From assembly GCA_026016225.1 (NCBI GenBank), contig CP061210.1, forward strand, positions 593,131-657,130: a stretch of 64,000 nucleotides of DNA. The letters are read 5' to 3'. The stretch is from Candidatus Nealsonbacteria bacterium. Lineage in GTDB: Bacteria; Patescibacteriota; Minisyncoccia; Minisyncoccales; JANBVM01. Positions within the stretch are counted from its first letter, which is position 1, and the number at the start of each line of letters is the position of its first letter. Position numbers and translations under genes: made by a program. Below the pieces are notes generated by a model. That model saw only the letters and a program-made list of their open reading frames with translations, searched no databases and was not told the origin of the DNA. Positions 45,001 through 53,203 of this stretch are shown piece after piece.

Positions 45001-47103
45001 CTATTTCTTCTTTCCTTCAATAATATCCTGAGCAATGTTCTGTGGCACTTCGTTATAACAATCAAATTCCATTGTAAATGTTCCCCTTCCTTCCGTCAAG
45101 CTTCTTAAGGTAGTGGCATAACCAAACATTTCAGTTAAGGGAACCTCTGCATCAATAATCTTGAGATTTAACCTATCTTTTGTTTCTTTAATTTTTCCTC
45201 TTCGAGCCGATAAATCTCCGATAACATCGCCAAAAAATTCAGAAGGAATCACTACTTCCAACTTCATTATTGGTTCTAATAAAACAAGTTCTGCTTTCTT
45301 TGCAGCTGCTTGAAGCGCCATGGAAGCTGCAATCTTAAAGGCAAATTCGGAAGAATCAACTTCATGGAAAGAACCATCATAAAGAGTAGCAGAAAAGTCA
45401 ACCAGAGGATAACCAGCCAATATTCCTTTTTCCATGGCTTCTTTCACTCCCTTCCCAACAGCAGGAATATATTCTTTCGGTATAATTCCTCCTTTAATCT
45501 TATCAATAAACTCAAAACCTTCTCCTCTTTTTTTAGGCTCTAACTTCAGCCAAACATGTCCATACTGACCTCTACCTCCAGACTGCCTAATGTATTTACC
45601 TTCAGCTTCAGCTATCTTTTTTATTGTTTCTTTAAAAGCGACCTGGGGTTTACCAATATTTCCTTCAATCTTAAATTCTCTTTTCATTCTATCAACAATA
45701 ACCTCTAAATGTAGCTCACCCATACCAGAGATAATTGTTTCACCTGTTTCTACATCTCCCTTTATTGTAAAAGTAGGGTCTTCTCCAGATAACTTTTTTA
45801 AAGCTAAATTCATTTTTTCTTCATCAATCTTATTCTTAGGTTCAATTCTAATAGAAATTACAGGTTCAGGAAAAATAATTTTTTCTAAAACAATGGGATG
45901 CTCTTGGTCACAAAGTGTATGACCTGTAGAACTATTTTTTAAACCAACCGTAGAAGCAATGTCTCCGGCTGACACTTCGTCAATATCTTCTCTTTTATCA
46001 GCGAGCATCCTCAAAATTCTACCTATCCTTTCTTTCTCTCCGGTAGTAGTATTGAAAACATAAGAACCTTTTTTTAATTGTCCTGAATAAACCCTGAAAT
46101 AGCTTAAAGTACCAACATAAGGATCTGTAGCAACCTTGAAAACTAAAGCAGAAAATGGCTCTGAATCATCACTTTTTCTTTCAATAACTTTACCAGACTT
46201 TGGGTCAGTGCCCTTAACTAACGGAATGTCAAGGGGACTGGGTAAATAATAAATTACTCCATCTAAAAGAGGTTGAACTCCTTTATTTTTCAAAGCCGAA
46301 CCGCAGAATACCGGAATTAATTTATATTCTATGGTGGCTTTTCTCAAAGCTTCTCTTAACTCATCAATAGAAATTTCTTCTTTGTTTAAATACTTTTCTA
46401 AAAGTTTTTCATCTTCAGCAACAATTTTCTCTATCAATTTTTTTCTCCACTCTTTGGCTTTTTTTAATAAATTAGAAGGGATATCAATTTCTCTTATGTT
46501 CTCCCCAGACTCACCTTCAAATTTGACAGCTTTCATTTTTAACAAATCAATAACCCCCTCATATTTTTCTTCCAAACCAATCGGTAATTGAAGAGCGACT
46601 GCCTTGGGAGATAGTTTTTTCCAGATTGATTCTAAACTTTTTTCAAAATCAGCTCCCATTCGGTCTAATTTATTTATAAAGCAGATTCTTGGAACATTAA
46701 ATTTATCTGCCTGACGCCAAACAGTTTCTGATTGAGGCTCCACTCCCGCCACTCCATCAAAAACAACAACTCCCCCATCAAGAACGCGTAAAGACCTTTG
46801 AACTTCAGCCGTAAAGTCAATATGTCCGGGCGTATCAATAATATTTATTTTATACTCTTTATCTTCTTTTTCTTTTAAATCGTCAGGTAGCCAAAAACAG
46901 GTAATGGCAGCCGAAGTAATTGTAATTCCTCTTTCCCTTTCTTGAGCCATCCAGTCAGTAATAGTGGTGCCCTTATCAACGCTTCCAATTTTATGAGTCA
47001 TGCCGGTATAAAACAAAATCCGCTCGGTAGTTGTTGTTTTACCGGCATCGATGTGAGCAATAATACCTATGTTTCTATATTTTTCAAGCGGATATTGTCT
47101 CAT
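45001..47103 (-). CDS. fusA: elongation factor G
   Basis: [23 protein letters not shown] and NKLDR motifs. Length is 700 aa. Confidence 0.97.
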   Translation of the reverse strand: MRQYPLEKYRNIGIIAHIDAGKTTTTERILFYTGMTHKIGSVDKGTTITDWMAQERERGITITSAAITCFWLPDDLKEKEDKEYKINIIDTPGHIDFTAEVQRSLRVLDGGVVVFDGVAGVEPQSETVWRQADKFNVPRICFINKLDRMGADFEKSLESIWKKLSPKAVALQLPIGLEEKYEGVIDLLKMKAVKFEGESGENIREIDIPSNLLKKAKEWRKKLIEKIVAEDEKLLEKYLNKEEISIDELREALRKATIEYKLIPVFCGSALKNKGVQPLLDGVIYYLPSPLDIPLVKGTDPKSGKVIERKSDDSEPFSALVFKVATDPYVGTLSYFRVYSGQLKKGSYVFNTTTGEKERIGRILRMLADKREDIDEVSAGDIASTVGLKNSSTGHTLCDQEHPIVLEKIIFPEPVISIRIEPKNKIDEEKMNLALKKLSGEDPTFTIKGDVETGETIISGMGELHLEVIVDRMKREFKIEGNIGKPQVAFKETIKKIAEAEGKYIRQSGGRGQYGHVWLKLEPKKRGEGFEFIDKIKGGIIPKEYIPAVGKGVKEAMEKGILAGYPLVDFSATLYDGSFHEVDSSEFAFKIAASMALQAAAKKAELVLLEPIMKLEVVIPSEFFGDVIGDLSARRGKIKETKDRLNLKIIDAEVPLTEMFGYATTLRSLTEGRGTFTMEFDCYNEVPQNIAQDIIEGKKK

Positions 47104-47112
47104 ATCACTTCC

Positions 47113-47583
47113 TCACCATGAAAAATGAGCAAAAGCTCTATTAGCTTCTGCCATTCTATGTGTATCTTCTTTCTTTTTTACTGCCCAACCTGTATTATTG
47201 GCAGCTGCAAGCAATTCTTCGGCCAATTTCTCCTTCATTGGTTTCCCCTTCTTTGATTTTGCTGCCTGAATTATCCAGCGCATAGCCAAAACTAATTTTC
47301 TATCTCCTCTCACTTCTCTTGGAATCTGATAAGTAGCACCACCAATCCGCCTTGGCTTCACCTCTAAGAATGGACTTGTATTCTTAATAGCTACCTCAAA
47401 AACATCTATTGGGTCTTTTTTTGTTTTTTCTTTTAAAATATCAAAGGCGCCATAAACAATCTTTCTGGCAACAGTTTTTTTACCTTTCCTCATTATATAA
47501 TTAATTAATTTAGCAACAGTAACATTATTATAAACGAAGTCAGGTTCAATTATTCTTTTTTTTGCTTTCTTTTGTCGAGCCAT
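47113..47583 (-). CDS. rpsG: 30S ribosomal protein S7
   Basis: [16 protein letters not shown]...NRAFAHFSW. Confidence 0.95.
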   Translation of the reverse strand: MARQKKAKKRIIEPDFVYNNVTVAKLINYIMRKGKKTVARKIVYGAFDILKEKTKKDPIDVFEVAIKNTSPFLEVKPRRIGGATYQIPREVRGDRKLVLAMRWIIQAAKSKKGKPMKEKLAEELLAAANNTGWAVKKKEDTHRMAEANRAFAHFSW

Positions 47584-47595
47584 GGTATTAAATGG

Positions 47596-48006
47596 TTATT
47601 TCTCTTTCTTCGTGCCGTACTTGGAGCGTTCCTGTTTTCTTCCCTCAACACCTCCTGCATCTAACACTCCTCTAACCACCTTGTAGTTTACTCCCGGTAA
47701 ATCCTTTATTTTTGCCCCCCTAATTAAGACTACCGAATGCTCTTGTAAATCGTGACCTTCTCCGGGAATATAAGCAGTCAGTTCCTGTCCATTGCTTAAA
47801 CGAACCCTGGCTACTTTTCTTAAAGCTGAGTGAGGCTTCTTTGGAGTCATAGTAAAAACCTTAATACAAACTCCTCTTTTAAAAGGAGATGGATGTCTTG
47901 ATCTTCTATTTTTCAAAACATTAAAGGTAAATTTAAAAACAGACGCTTTTTTGCGTTTTTTAATCTTTTTTCTTCCCTTTTTAATTAATTGATGAATAGT
48001 TGGCAT
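47596..48006 (-). CDS. rpsL: 30S ribosomal protein S12
   Basis: [12 protein letters not shown]...[19 protein letters not shown]...GVNYKVVRG. The ATG at 48006 is preferred. Confidence 0.94.
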   Translation of the reverse strand: MPTIHQLIKKGRKKIKKRKKASVFKFTFNVLKNRRSRHPSPFKRGVCIKVFTMTPKKPHSALRKVARVRLSNGQELTAYIPGEGHDLQEHSVVLIRGAKIKDLPGVNYKVVRGVLDAGGVEGRKQERSKYGTKKEK

Positions 48007-48060
48007 AGTAATAATTGAAAAGATTAACACAAACTAAAAAGGAAGTCAACACTTTTCTGT

Positions 48061-48696
48061 TTAAAAAAGTGGAGCACCAACAATTATAGTAAAAATCCAA
48101 TTAACAATATAAATTAAAAATTGAAAGAACCATGGGAAAAAGAAAATAAGAAAAATCAAAATGAAAAAACCAAATTGAGTTAGAAATATTTTTATTTTCT
48201 GCATTGAATAAGGCAAGAAAGTAAAAAGAACATGTGAACCATCCAAAGGCGGAATGGGTAATAAGTTAAATACACCTAAAATTATATTTAAATAAATAAT
48301 AGAAGAAAAAATTGAAGCAAGACTACTAGGAATGAAGCCTAAAGAAAAGCGAAGAATTAAACCAAAAACTAAAGCCACAGCTAAATTTACTCCTGGTCCA
48401 GCTAAAGCTACTTTAAGGGAACCATATTTTTGGTCTCGAAAATTATAAGGATTAATTGGTACAGGTTTTGCCCAACCAAAACCTCTGCCTGTGGTAAGAA
48501 TTAAAAAAAGCGGTACAATAACTGAACCAATTAGATCTAAATGTTTTGAAGGATTCAAAGTAAGACGACCGGCGTATTTTGCTGTTGGATCGCCTAAGTA
48601 ATCTGCCATAGCTCCATGAGAAACCTCATGAATAACAATAGAAAAAATCAAAATAATAATTTGTAATATAAGAGATACCAGAAATAAAAATTCCAT
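48061..48696 (-). CDS. site-2 protease family (M50) membrane metalloprotease
   Basis: HEVSHG zinc motif in TM1, and LLPIPPLDGSH. Confidence 0.7.
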   Translation of the reverse strand: MEFLFLVSLILQIIILIFSIVIHEVSHGAMADYLGDPTAKYAGRLTLNPSKHLDLIGSVIVPLFLILTTGRGFGWAKPVPINPYNFRDQKYGSLKVALAGPGVNLAVALVFGLILRFSLGFIPSSLASIFSSIIYLNIILGVFNLLPIPPLDGSHVLFTFLPYSMQKIKIFLTQFGFFILIFLIFFFPWFFQFLIYIVNWIFTIIVGAPLF

Positions 48697-48756
48697 ATTA
48701 GATAACTATACCAGATAATTTACAAAAATAAAAATTTTTGGTAAAATGTGACTACT

Positions 48757-48978
48757 ATGGCAAAGCAATGTCAAATCTGCGGAAAAACCTCGCAAAAGTT
48801 TAGAAAACTAATTAAACTTCGAGGAAAGTATAATCCAAGCACTAAAAAAAGAAGGTACCCTAATTTGCAATGGGTCCGGGTTCCTGGTGGAACAAAAAGG
48901 AAAAAATTTAAAAGCTTTGCAGGAAAAAGGATTTTAGCCTGCACAAAATGTATCAAAACCCTGGGAAAGATAAAATAA
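48757..48978 (+). CDS. rpmB: 50S ribosomal protein L28
   Basis: MAKQCQICGKT...KKRRYPNLQWVRV matches the L28 pattern C.ICGK...R.F.PNLQ. It is preceded by a TGgTAAAAT extended -10. Confidence 0.8.
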   Translation: MAKQCQICGKTSQKFRKLIKLRGKYNPSTKKRRYPNLQWVRVPGGTKRKKFKSFAGKRILACTKCIKTLGKIK

Positions 48979-48982
48979 TTTT

Positions 48983-49057
48983 CGGGCTGTAGCGCAGTTT
49001 AGTTAGCGCGCTCGCATGGGGCGCGAGAGGCCGCCGGGGCAGAGCCGGCCAGCCCGA
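48983..49057 (+). tRNA. tRNA-Pro (anticodon GGG) with non-canonical T- and D-loops
   Basis: CGGGCTG TA GCGC AGTTTAGTTA GCGC G CTCGC ATGGGGC GCGAG AGGCC GCCGG GGCAGAG CCGGC CAGCCCG A. All four stems are perfect and G37 is present. The T-loop is GGCAGAG rather than TTCRANY, and the D-loop lacks GG. Confidence 0.6.
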
Positions 49058-49088
49058 CACTTTTATTTAGAGACGCTAAAAAATGAAC

Positions 49089-49171
49089 TACCCCGCCCTA
49101 AAGGGACGGGGTATCCCTTCCGCCAACTGGCGGAGGGGCAAGTTCTTTTGCCCCGCCTGGGCGGGGCAAAA
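49089..49171. repeat. cluster of three GC-rich hairpins between tRNA-Pro and the nuclease-like gene
   Basis: TACCCCGCCC-taaa-GGGaCGGGGTA at 49089-49113. CCTTCCGCC-aact-GGCGGAGGG at 49115-49138. TTTTGCCCCGC-ctgg-GCGGGGCAAAA at 49146-49171. None is followed by a T-run. Confidence 0.8.
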
Positions 49172-49179
49172 TAAAATCT

Positions 49180-50037
49180 ATGAGTAAAGTTATTGTTAAG
49201 TGCTCTTATTGTAAAACGGAATTCCAGCGAGAATTGGGAAGATACAACGAAGCAATAAAGAAAAGTTGGAATCAGTATTGCTCTCAAGAATGTCAAAATA
49301 AGTCTAAGATTAAAAGAGTAGAAAAAATTTGCGGTAATCCAAAATGTAACAAGAGGGTGTCTCGTAAATTCCACGAATTTAAAAAATCAAAATCAGGCAG
49401 CATCTTTTGTTCTCTTTCTTGTGCCGTGTCGGTCAACAATTCTAAATTTCCAAAAAGACAGGCAATAAAAAGAAAATGTCTCTATTGTGAAAAAGATTTT
49501 GTCGGCGGAAAGAAATATTGCTCGATAAAATGCAAAAATAAAGCCCAAATTATAAGCAAAGAAGAAATCTGTGATAAAATTAAAGGGTTCTATAAAAAAT
49601 ATAGAAGGATTCCTGTCAAAAAAGAGTTCTCTCATTATAATGCTGCTCGAGATCGGTTCGGTTCTTGGAATAAAGCAATAGAATCAGCAGGCTTCGTACC
49701 TAATCCAGTAGTATTTGCAAGAAAGCACAAAGCAGAAGATGGACATGTGTGCGATTCTCTATCGGAAAAAATTGTTGATGATTGGCTTTCTAAAAACAAC
49801 TTAAAGCACAAAATTAATGTTGCCTATCCAGGGAATCCCCGTCTAACATGTGATTTTTTAGTAGGTAACTATTTTATAGAATTTTTCGGAATTGGAAAAG
49901 AACACGTACGATACACAGAACTAATGAAAGAAAAAAGGCGATTGGCTCAACAGTATAACCTTAATATGGTAGAACTAAAGCCTGAACACATTTTTCCTAA
50001 AAATAAGTTAGACGCTGTATTAAATTTTCTTCTATAA
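49180..50037 (+). CDS. multi-Zn-ribbon protein with homing-endonuclease-associated repeat and C-terminal PD-(D/E)XK/Vsr-like nuclease-like domain
   Basis: Three CxxC...(F/Y)CSxxC modules are followed by FYKKYRRIPVKKEFSHYNAARDRFGSWNKAIESAGF, an HNH-associated-repeat-like pattern. The C-terminus is CDSLSEKIVDDWL...TCDFLVGNYFIEFFG, like small DUF559/Vsr-type nuclease folds. The family assignment is pattern-based only. Confidence 0.45.
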   Translation: MSKVIVKCSYCKTEFQRELGRYNEAIKKSWNQYCSQECQNKSKIKRVEKICGNPKCNKRVSRKFHEFKKSKSGSIFCSLSCAVSVNNSKFPKRQAIKRKCLYCEKDFVGGKKYCSIKCKNKAQIISKEEICDKIKGFYKKYRRIPVKKEFSHYNAARDRFGSWNKAIESAGFVPNPVVFARKHKAEDGHVCDSLSEKIVDDWLSKNNLKHKINVAYPGNPRLTCDFLVGNYFIEFFGIGKEHVRYTELMKEKRRLAQQYNLNMVELKPEHIFPKNKLDAVLNFLL

Positions 50038-50105
50038 AAACAACTAAGATTAATTACAGAGATAGAAATTCTCGGGTATTCTAAACTTAGCGCGAACCTA
50101 TTTTC

Positions 50106-50155
50106 AGCGAAACGCCTAACCGCCGTTTCGCTTTGCCCGCGCGAAGCGCGGGCAA
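50106..50155. repeat. two adjacent perfect GC-rich hairpins downstream of the nuclease-like gene
   Basis: AGCGAAACG-cctaaccgc-CGTTTCGCT at 50106-50132. TTGCCCGCGC-gaa-GCGCGGGCAA at 50133-50155. Confidence 0.8.
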
Positions 50156-50187
50156 GGAAAAGAAAGTTTTTCAAAAATCTTTATTGG

Positions 50188-50212
50188 ACGCCGTAAAAAT
50201 CGGTGTTTTTTT
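50188..50212 (+). terminator. intrinsic terminator
   Basis: ACGCCG-taaaaat-CGGTGT (one G-T pair) followed by T7. Confidence 0.5.
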
Positions 50213-50260
50213 GTTGTTTTTGTAAAAGGAGCATTTTTACGAAAAACCGGTCTTTTGCTC

Positions 50261-50289
50261 TTGACAAAATTAAAGTATGGGTGTATAGT
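50261..50289 (+). promoter_or_regulatory. sigma70-like promoter
   Basis: TTGACA (50261-50266), a 17-nt spacer, then TATAGT (50284-50289). Confidence 0.6.
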
Positions 50290-50341
50290 AGAGGTGTAAG
50301 AATAAGATAGTTCTTTGAAAAAATATGGGGAAGGGAATTTG

Positions 50342-50388
50342 CATCACCCGAATTGTTCATCAAATTCTGGTGGCCAGCTCGGGTGATG
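50342..50388 (+). promoter_or_regulatory. leader hairpin that can sequester the Shine-Dalgarno of the downstream ORF
   Basis: CATCACCCGA (50342-50351) and TCGGGTGATG (50379-50388) form a perfect 10-bp stem, with a nested CTGG-tgg-CCAG hairpin inside. The 3' arm contains GGTGA 7 nt before the ATG at 50394. Confidence 0.45.
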
Positions 50389-50393
50389 TAAAA

Positions 50394-50903
50394 ATGAAAA
50401 TAATAGATAATAGCAAAGCAATAATATTGGGGGAGAAGGTAAGGTTTAAGAAAAACGCAACATTAATTGATGAAAAAATAAAGGTTAACCGGGATTATAT
50501 AGTAAAACAAGTGGAAACACAAACACTTAACTTTAGAAAACGAGGAATTAGAAAGATTAATCAAATTATAGAACTACAAGAGCTACCAGGGCGCTGGTTT
50601 TCAGTAGATTGGCTTGATTTAGTCGAGTCAGAGGAAATCCCAATTCGTGGAATAAACCTAGTTTCATTCGAAGAATATAAGAAGCTTGGAGGAAAGTTGG
50701 CTAGGGAGGAACACAAACGGCTTAAGCGAATAAGCTCTCCACAAGAGGAATATCGAGAAGCATTCAGAGTGGCTGGTGATGTAGGGTGTGGATATCCTCC
50801 TCATCCAGAAATGGAGTTACTTGCAAGAGTATGCATGTTGAAGTCTAACCTTTCATCGTTAGATAAAATGTGCGAAATGCTCCTTCTGCAAGGTAAAAAA
50901 TAA
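50394..50903 (+). CDS. hypothetical protein (ORFan)
   Basis: The track ORF 50325..50903 has an alternative ATG at 50394 (MKIIDNSK...) with a GGTGA SD, whereas the ATG at 50325 has none. I recognise no family. Confidence 0.4.
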   Translation: MKIIDNSKAIILGEKVRFKKNATLIDEKIKVNRDYIVKQVETQTLNFRKRGIRKINQIIELQELPGRWFSVDWLDLVESEEIPIRGINLVSFEEYKKLGGKLAREEHKRLKRISSPQEEYREAFRVAGDVGCGYPPHPEMELLARVCMLKSNLSSLDKMCEMLLLQGKK

Positions 50904-51046
50904 TCCTCTCCCTTTCCCCCTCTCTTTTCGAGCCCATAAAGAATTGTGGGTTGGAAAAAGAAGTTAATTATCTAACAAAATTTATTATAGAAAGAGAGAA
51001 AATCAATGCTCGCTTTTTTTTATTTATTGAAAACACACCCTAAAAC

Positions 51047-51207
51047 CAAAAAACACCGCAATGCGGCGTTTTTTAGAGCCCTGCTTTACTCTGGAAAAGC
51101 TAATCTGGAAAAATCCAAGTGGGTGTCTAAGATGTGTCCCACGGGACACATTCATTTCGAACTCCCTCTAAAAGCTTATACCAGATTTAACCAGAAAAAG
51201 CAGGGCT
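51047..51207 (-). ncRNA. candidate structured sRNA of about 160 nt (closing stem / large internal bubble / apical hairpin; 6S-like architecture), class unknown
   Basis: It has its own promoter (51213-51241). Helices are 51197-51207/51077-51087 (11 bp perfect), 51191-51194/51091-51094, and 51181-51187/51102-51108. The apical hairpin is GUGUCCC..GGGACAC at 51134-51149. The terminator ACGCCGC-auu-GCGGUGU plus U6 lies at 51047-51069. Confidence 0.45.
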
Positions 51208-51212
51208 ATTTT

Positions 51213-51241
51213 ATTTTATGCTTCCTGCACCCCTTTGTCAA
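51213..51241 (-). promoter_or_regulatory. sigma70-like promoter driving the sRNA candidate
   Basis: Minus strand reads TTGACA (51236-51241), a 17-nt spacer, then TAAAAT (51213-51218). Confidence 0.55.
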
Positions 51242-51267
51242 CTTTCCTAACTTTTTAGCTTCTTAAC

Positions 51268-52332
51268 TTAAATATTGAAAACATCAACCAATTGTTTTAT
51301 CAAAGAAACAACTACCGGTGGAGGTAATAAACTATAAGAAGAGACACCTTCATCATCTGTCACTACCCATGGTTTCTCTTTTATTTTTACTTTTTTTATC
51401 TTTTTATCCCATTCAAAAATATATTCTGGGGTTATTTCATAATCATCAACAAAATTTGCAGCTTCCTTAACAGGTACCGAATTTCTCAATAAAACCTTTG
51501 GAATTCCATAGAGAGAAAAAGATTGTCTAATTAATTTATCATCCATAATTAATCTTTTTTTTATAGGTGCAATCCCCAACTCGTCTCCTTCTTTTAAAAT
51601 CATTTTAGCTTTTTTACACCTGGGATTGTCGCAAATTAAATAAAATTCATTGCTTTTTTCATCAAATCCAGCTTCTGAGGTTGGAAGTAGCTTTAAGTTT
51701 CTCGAAGTCTGGCAAACCGGACAAATCCTTCTCCATCTAATTCTTTCATCAATTACTTTTTCAGGAACATCAATTAAAATAAAAACGTCCGGGTCATCTC
51801 GATGACCAACCAAGTCTCTGAAAAACAAAGAAAAATCTATCTGGTCTAAATCCCTTGGAAAACCATCCACAAAAAGAGTTTTCTTTTCCATTCTTTCCAT
51901 CTCTCTTTTAACCAAAGTTAAAATCAATTCTGTAGGTAAAAGAACTTTTGTGCTCCTGTTTTCTAAAAGGGATATTATTTCTTTAATTGAAATCCTGCCC
52001 CGATAATTTCTTTTTAAAAAATCAAAGAATCCTTCTCTCTTTTTTTTATCTGTTAATTCTCCGTCTATTTTTCTAATCATATCTCCAATGGAAAAGTGCT
52101 CTATCTTTTCAGGCCCAATAATTTCTGCAAACATCTTTGAATAAGTTCCCTTACCTGAGTTTTTCTTACCTAACAAATAAGCAACAAAAGTATTTTCTTT
52201 CAAATACTCTTTTAATTTTTCTATCTCTTTTCCTGCTTTGGCTTTAAAATATTTTTTTCTCTCCCTGAGGTTTATTAAATTAAATTTTTTTTCAAAGCCT
52301 TTAATTTTTGTTTTAAAAAGAGGAAATTCCAT
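51268..52332 (-). CDS. divergent adenylate-kinase-family protein with extended Zn-lid and an extra C-terminal domain of about 100 aa
   Basis: P-loop GKKNSGKGT, DGFPRD, and lid RWRRICPVCQ...CDNPRCKK. It is a second AK-like gene besides adk at 32154. Confidence 0.5.
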   Translation of the reverse strand: MEFPLFKTKIKGFEKKFNLINLRERKKYFKAKAGKEIEKLKEYLKENTFVAYLLGKKNSGKGTYSKMFAEIIGPEKIEHFSIGDMIRKIDGELTDKKKREGFFDFLKRNYRGRISIKEIISLLENRSTKVLLPTELILTLVKREMERMEKKTLFVDGFPRDLDQIDFSLFFRDLVGHRDDPDVFILIDVPEKVIDERIRWRRICPVCQTSRNLKLLPTSEAGFDEKSNEFYLICDNPRCKKAKMILKEGDELGIAPIKKRLIMDDKLIRQSFSLYGIPKVLLRNSVPVKEAANFVDDYEITPEYIFEWDKKIKKVKIKEKPWVVTDDEGVSSYSLLPPPVVVSLIKQLVDVFNI

Positions 52333-53203
52333 AGTATTTAGGGTTTAGGATTTTTAAATTTTCTCCATCAGAGAAAATCTTTATATCTCCGTCTCTGTCG
52401 GTTCTTAAAACTTTTATATCATATTTATCTAAAATATCCAAAACTTCTGGATGGGGGTGCCCATAACTGTTTTCTTTACCAACAGAAATTACAGCTATTT
52501 CAGGATTCACTTCTTCCAAAAATTTTTCCGAAGTAGAAGTCTTACTTCCATGATGACCAACCTTTAAAATATCAGAATTAAGATATAATCCCCTATCCAC
52601 AAGTTTTTTCTCTATTGATTTGTAAAGGTCTCCGGTAAAGATAAAAGAATTATTATTAAAGACCAATCGAAGTGCAATTGAAGTATTGTTAGTATTCTTA
52701 ACTTCTTTACCTTCTAAATCCTCAAAAGGATGTAAGACATCAAAAAAGATTTTTGGAGTTAGTATCTTCTGACCTATTTTAGCTATCTTTGTTTTAACAT
52801 CTTCGTCCTCAATTAATTTTTTCCATTCTTTATACTCTCCAGTATCCTTTAACACACCACTCCATAAAATAAAATCTACTTTATATCTCTTTAAAACCTC
52901 AAGCAAACCTGCGATATGGTCATGCTCAGGATGAGTCAAAACAATCAAATCAATAGTTCTATCCCAAAAAGGCATTTCTTTACCTAATTTTTCCAAAACA
53001 GCGGAGGTCGGACCTCCGTCAATTAAAATTTGATAATTATTTGGGGTTTCAATAAAAATAGCATCACCTTGTCCTACATCAAAGAAACTAACCTCAAGAA
53101 ATTGAGGTTTGTTTAAATCATAAACTACAGACCAGGCAAAAATATTAACACAGAATAAAGTAACCAGAATCCAGAAAATAAGTTTTTTGTCTTTCTCTAT
53201 CAT
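52313..53203 (-). CDS. membrane-anchored MBL-fold hydrolase, ComEC/Rec2 C-terminal-domain-like
   Basis: N-terminal TM, DVGQGDAIFIE, THPEHDHIAGL (HxHxDH), and KVGHHGSKTS. Confidence 0.7.
   Translation of the reverse strand: MIEKDKKLIFWILVTLFCVNIFAWSVVYDLNKPQFLEVSFFDVGQGDAIFIETPNNYQILIDGGPTSAVLEKLGKEMPFWDRTIDLIVLTHPEHDHIAGLLEVLKRYKVDFILWSGVLKDTGEYKEWKKLIEDEDVKTKIAKIGQKILTPKIFFDVLHPFEDLEGKEVKNTNNTSIALRLVFNNNSFIFTGDLYKSIEKKLVDRGLYLNSDILKVGHHGSKTSTSEKFLEEVNPEIAVISVGKENSYGHPHPEVLDILDKYDIKVLRTDRDGDIKIFSDGENLKILNPKYYGISSF

Noticed and set aside
2724-46591. Numerous 60-160-aa ORFs antisense to conserved genes. Examples: 1779..1967, 2724..3020, 3265..3504, 4808..5032, 6817..7080, 10562..10750, 11969..12205, 14521..14730, 14897..15118, 20489..20710, 21077..21511, 26456..26692, 30047..30503, 32442..32760, 34545..34796, 36264..36954, 39659..39946, 40283..40630, 42601..42942, 43552..43840, 45310..46591. 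The same applies to 56020..56478, 56606..56809 and 61821..62054.
   Set aside because: Each is the reverse complement of a strongly supported housekeeping gene. Their Phe/Leu/Ser/Ile-rich low-complexity products are what AT-rich, Lys/Glu-rich genes yield on the opposite strand.
49063-49374. 103-aa minus-strand ORF
   Set aside because: It runs through the three GC-rich hairpins, which give its Pro/Arg/Gly-rich stretch. It is antisense to the start of the better-supported 285-aa gene, and it has no SD.
49947-50363. Minus-strand ORFs 49947..50174 and 50181..50363
   Set aside because: They span the hairpin cluster, a terminator and a plus-strand promoter. They have no SD and odd composition.
51024-51155. 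43-aa minus-strand ORF inside the sRNA candidate, preceded by AGAGGGAG 6 nt before the ATG
   Set aside because: It continues through the terminator hairpin and U-run, and the peptide has no recognisable features. I keep it only as the alternative hypothesis, a small protein or dual-function RNA, to be tested by conservation pattern.
51006-51266. 86-aa plus-strand ORF
   Set aside because: It reads straight through a bidirectional terminator and the long inverted repeat. It has no SD. The region is better explained by the minus-strand promoter / hairpin / terminator unit.
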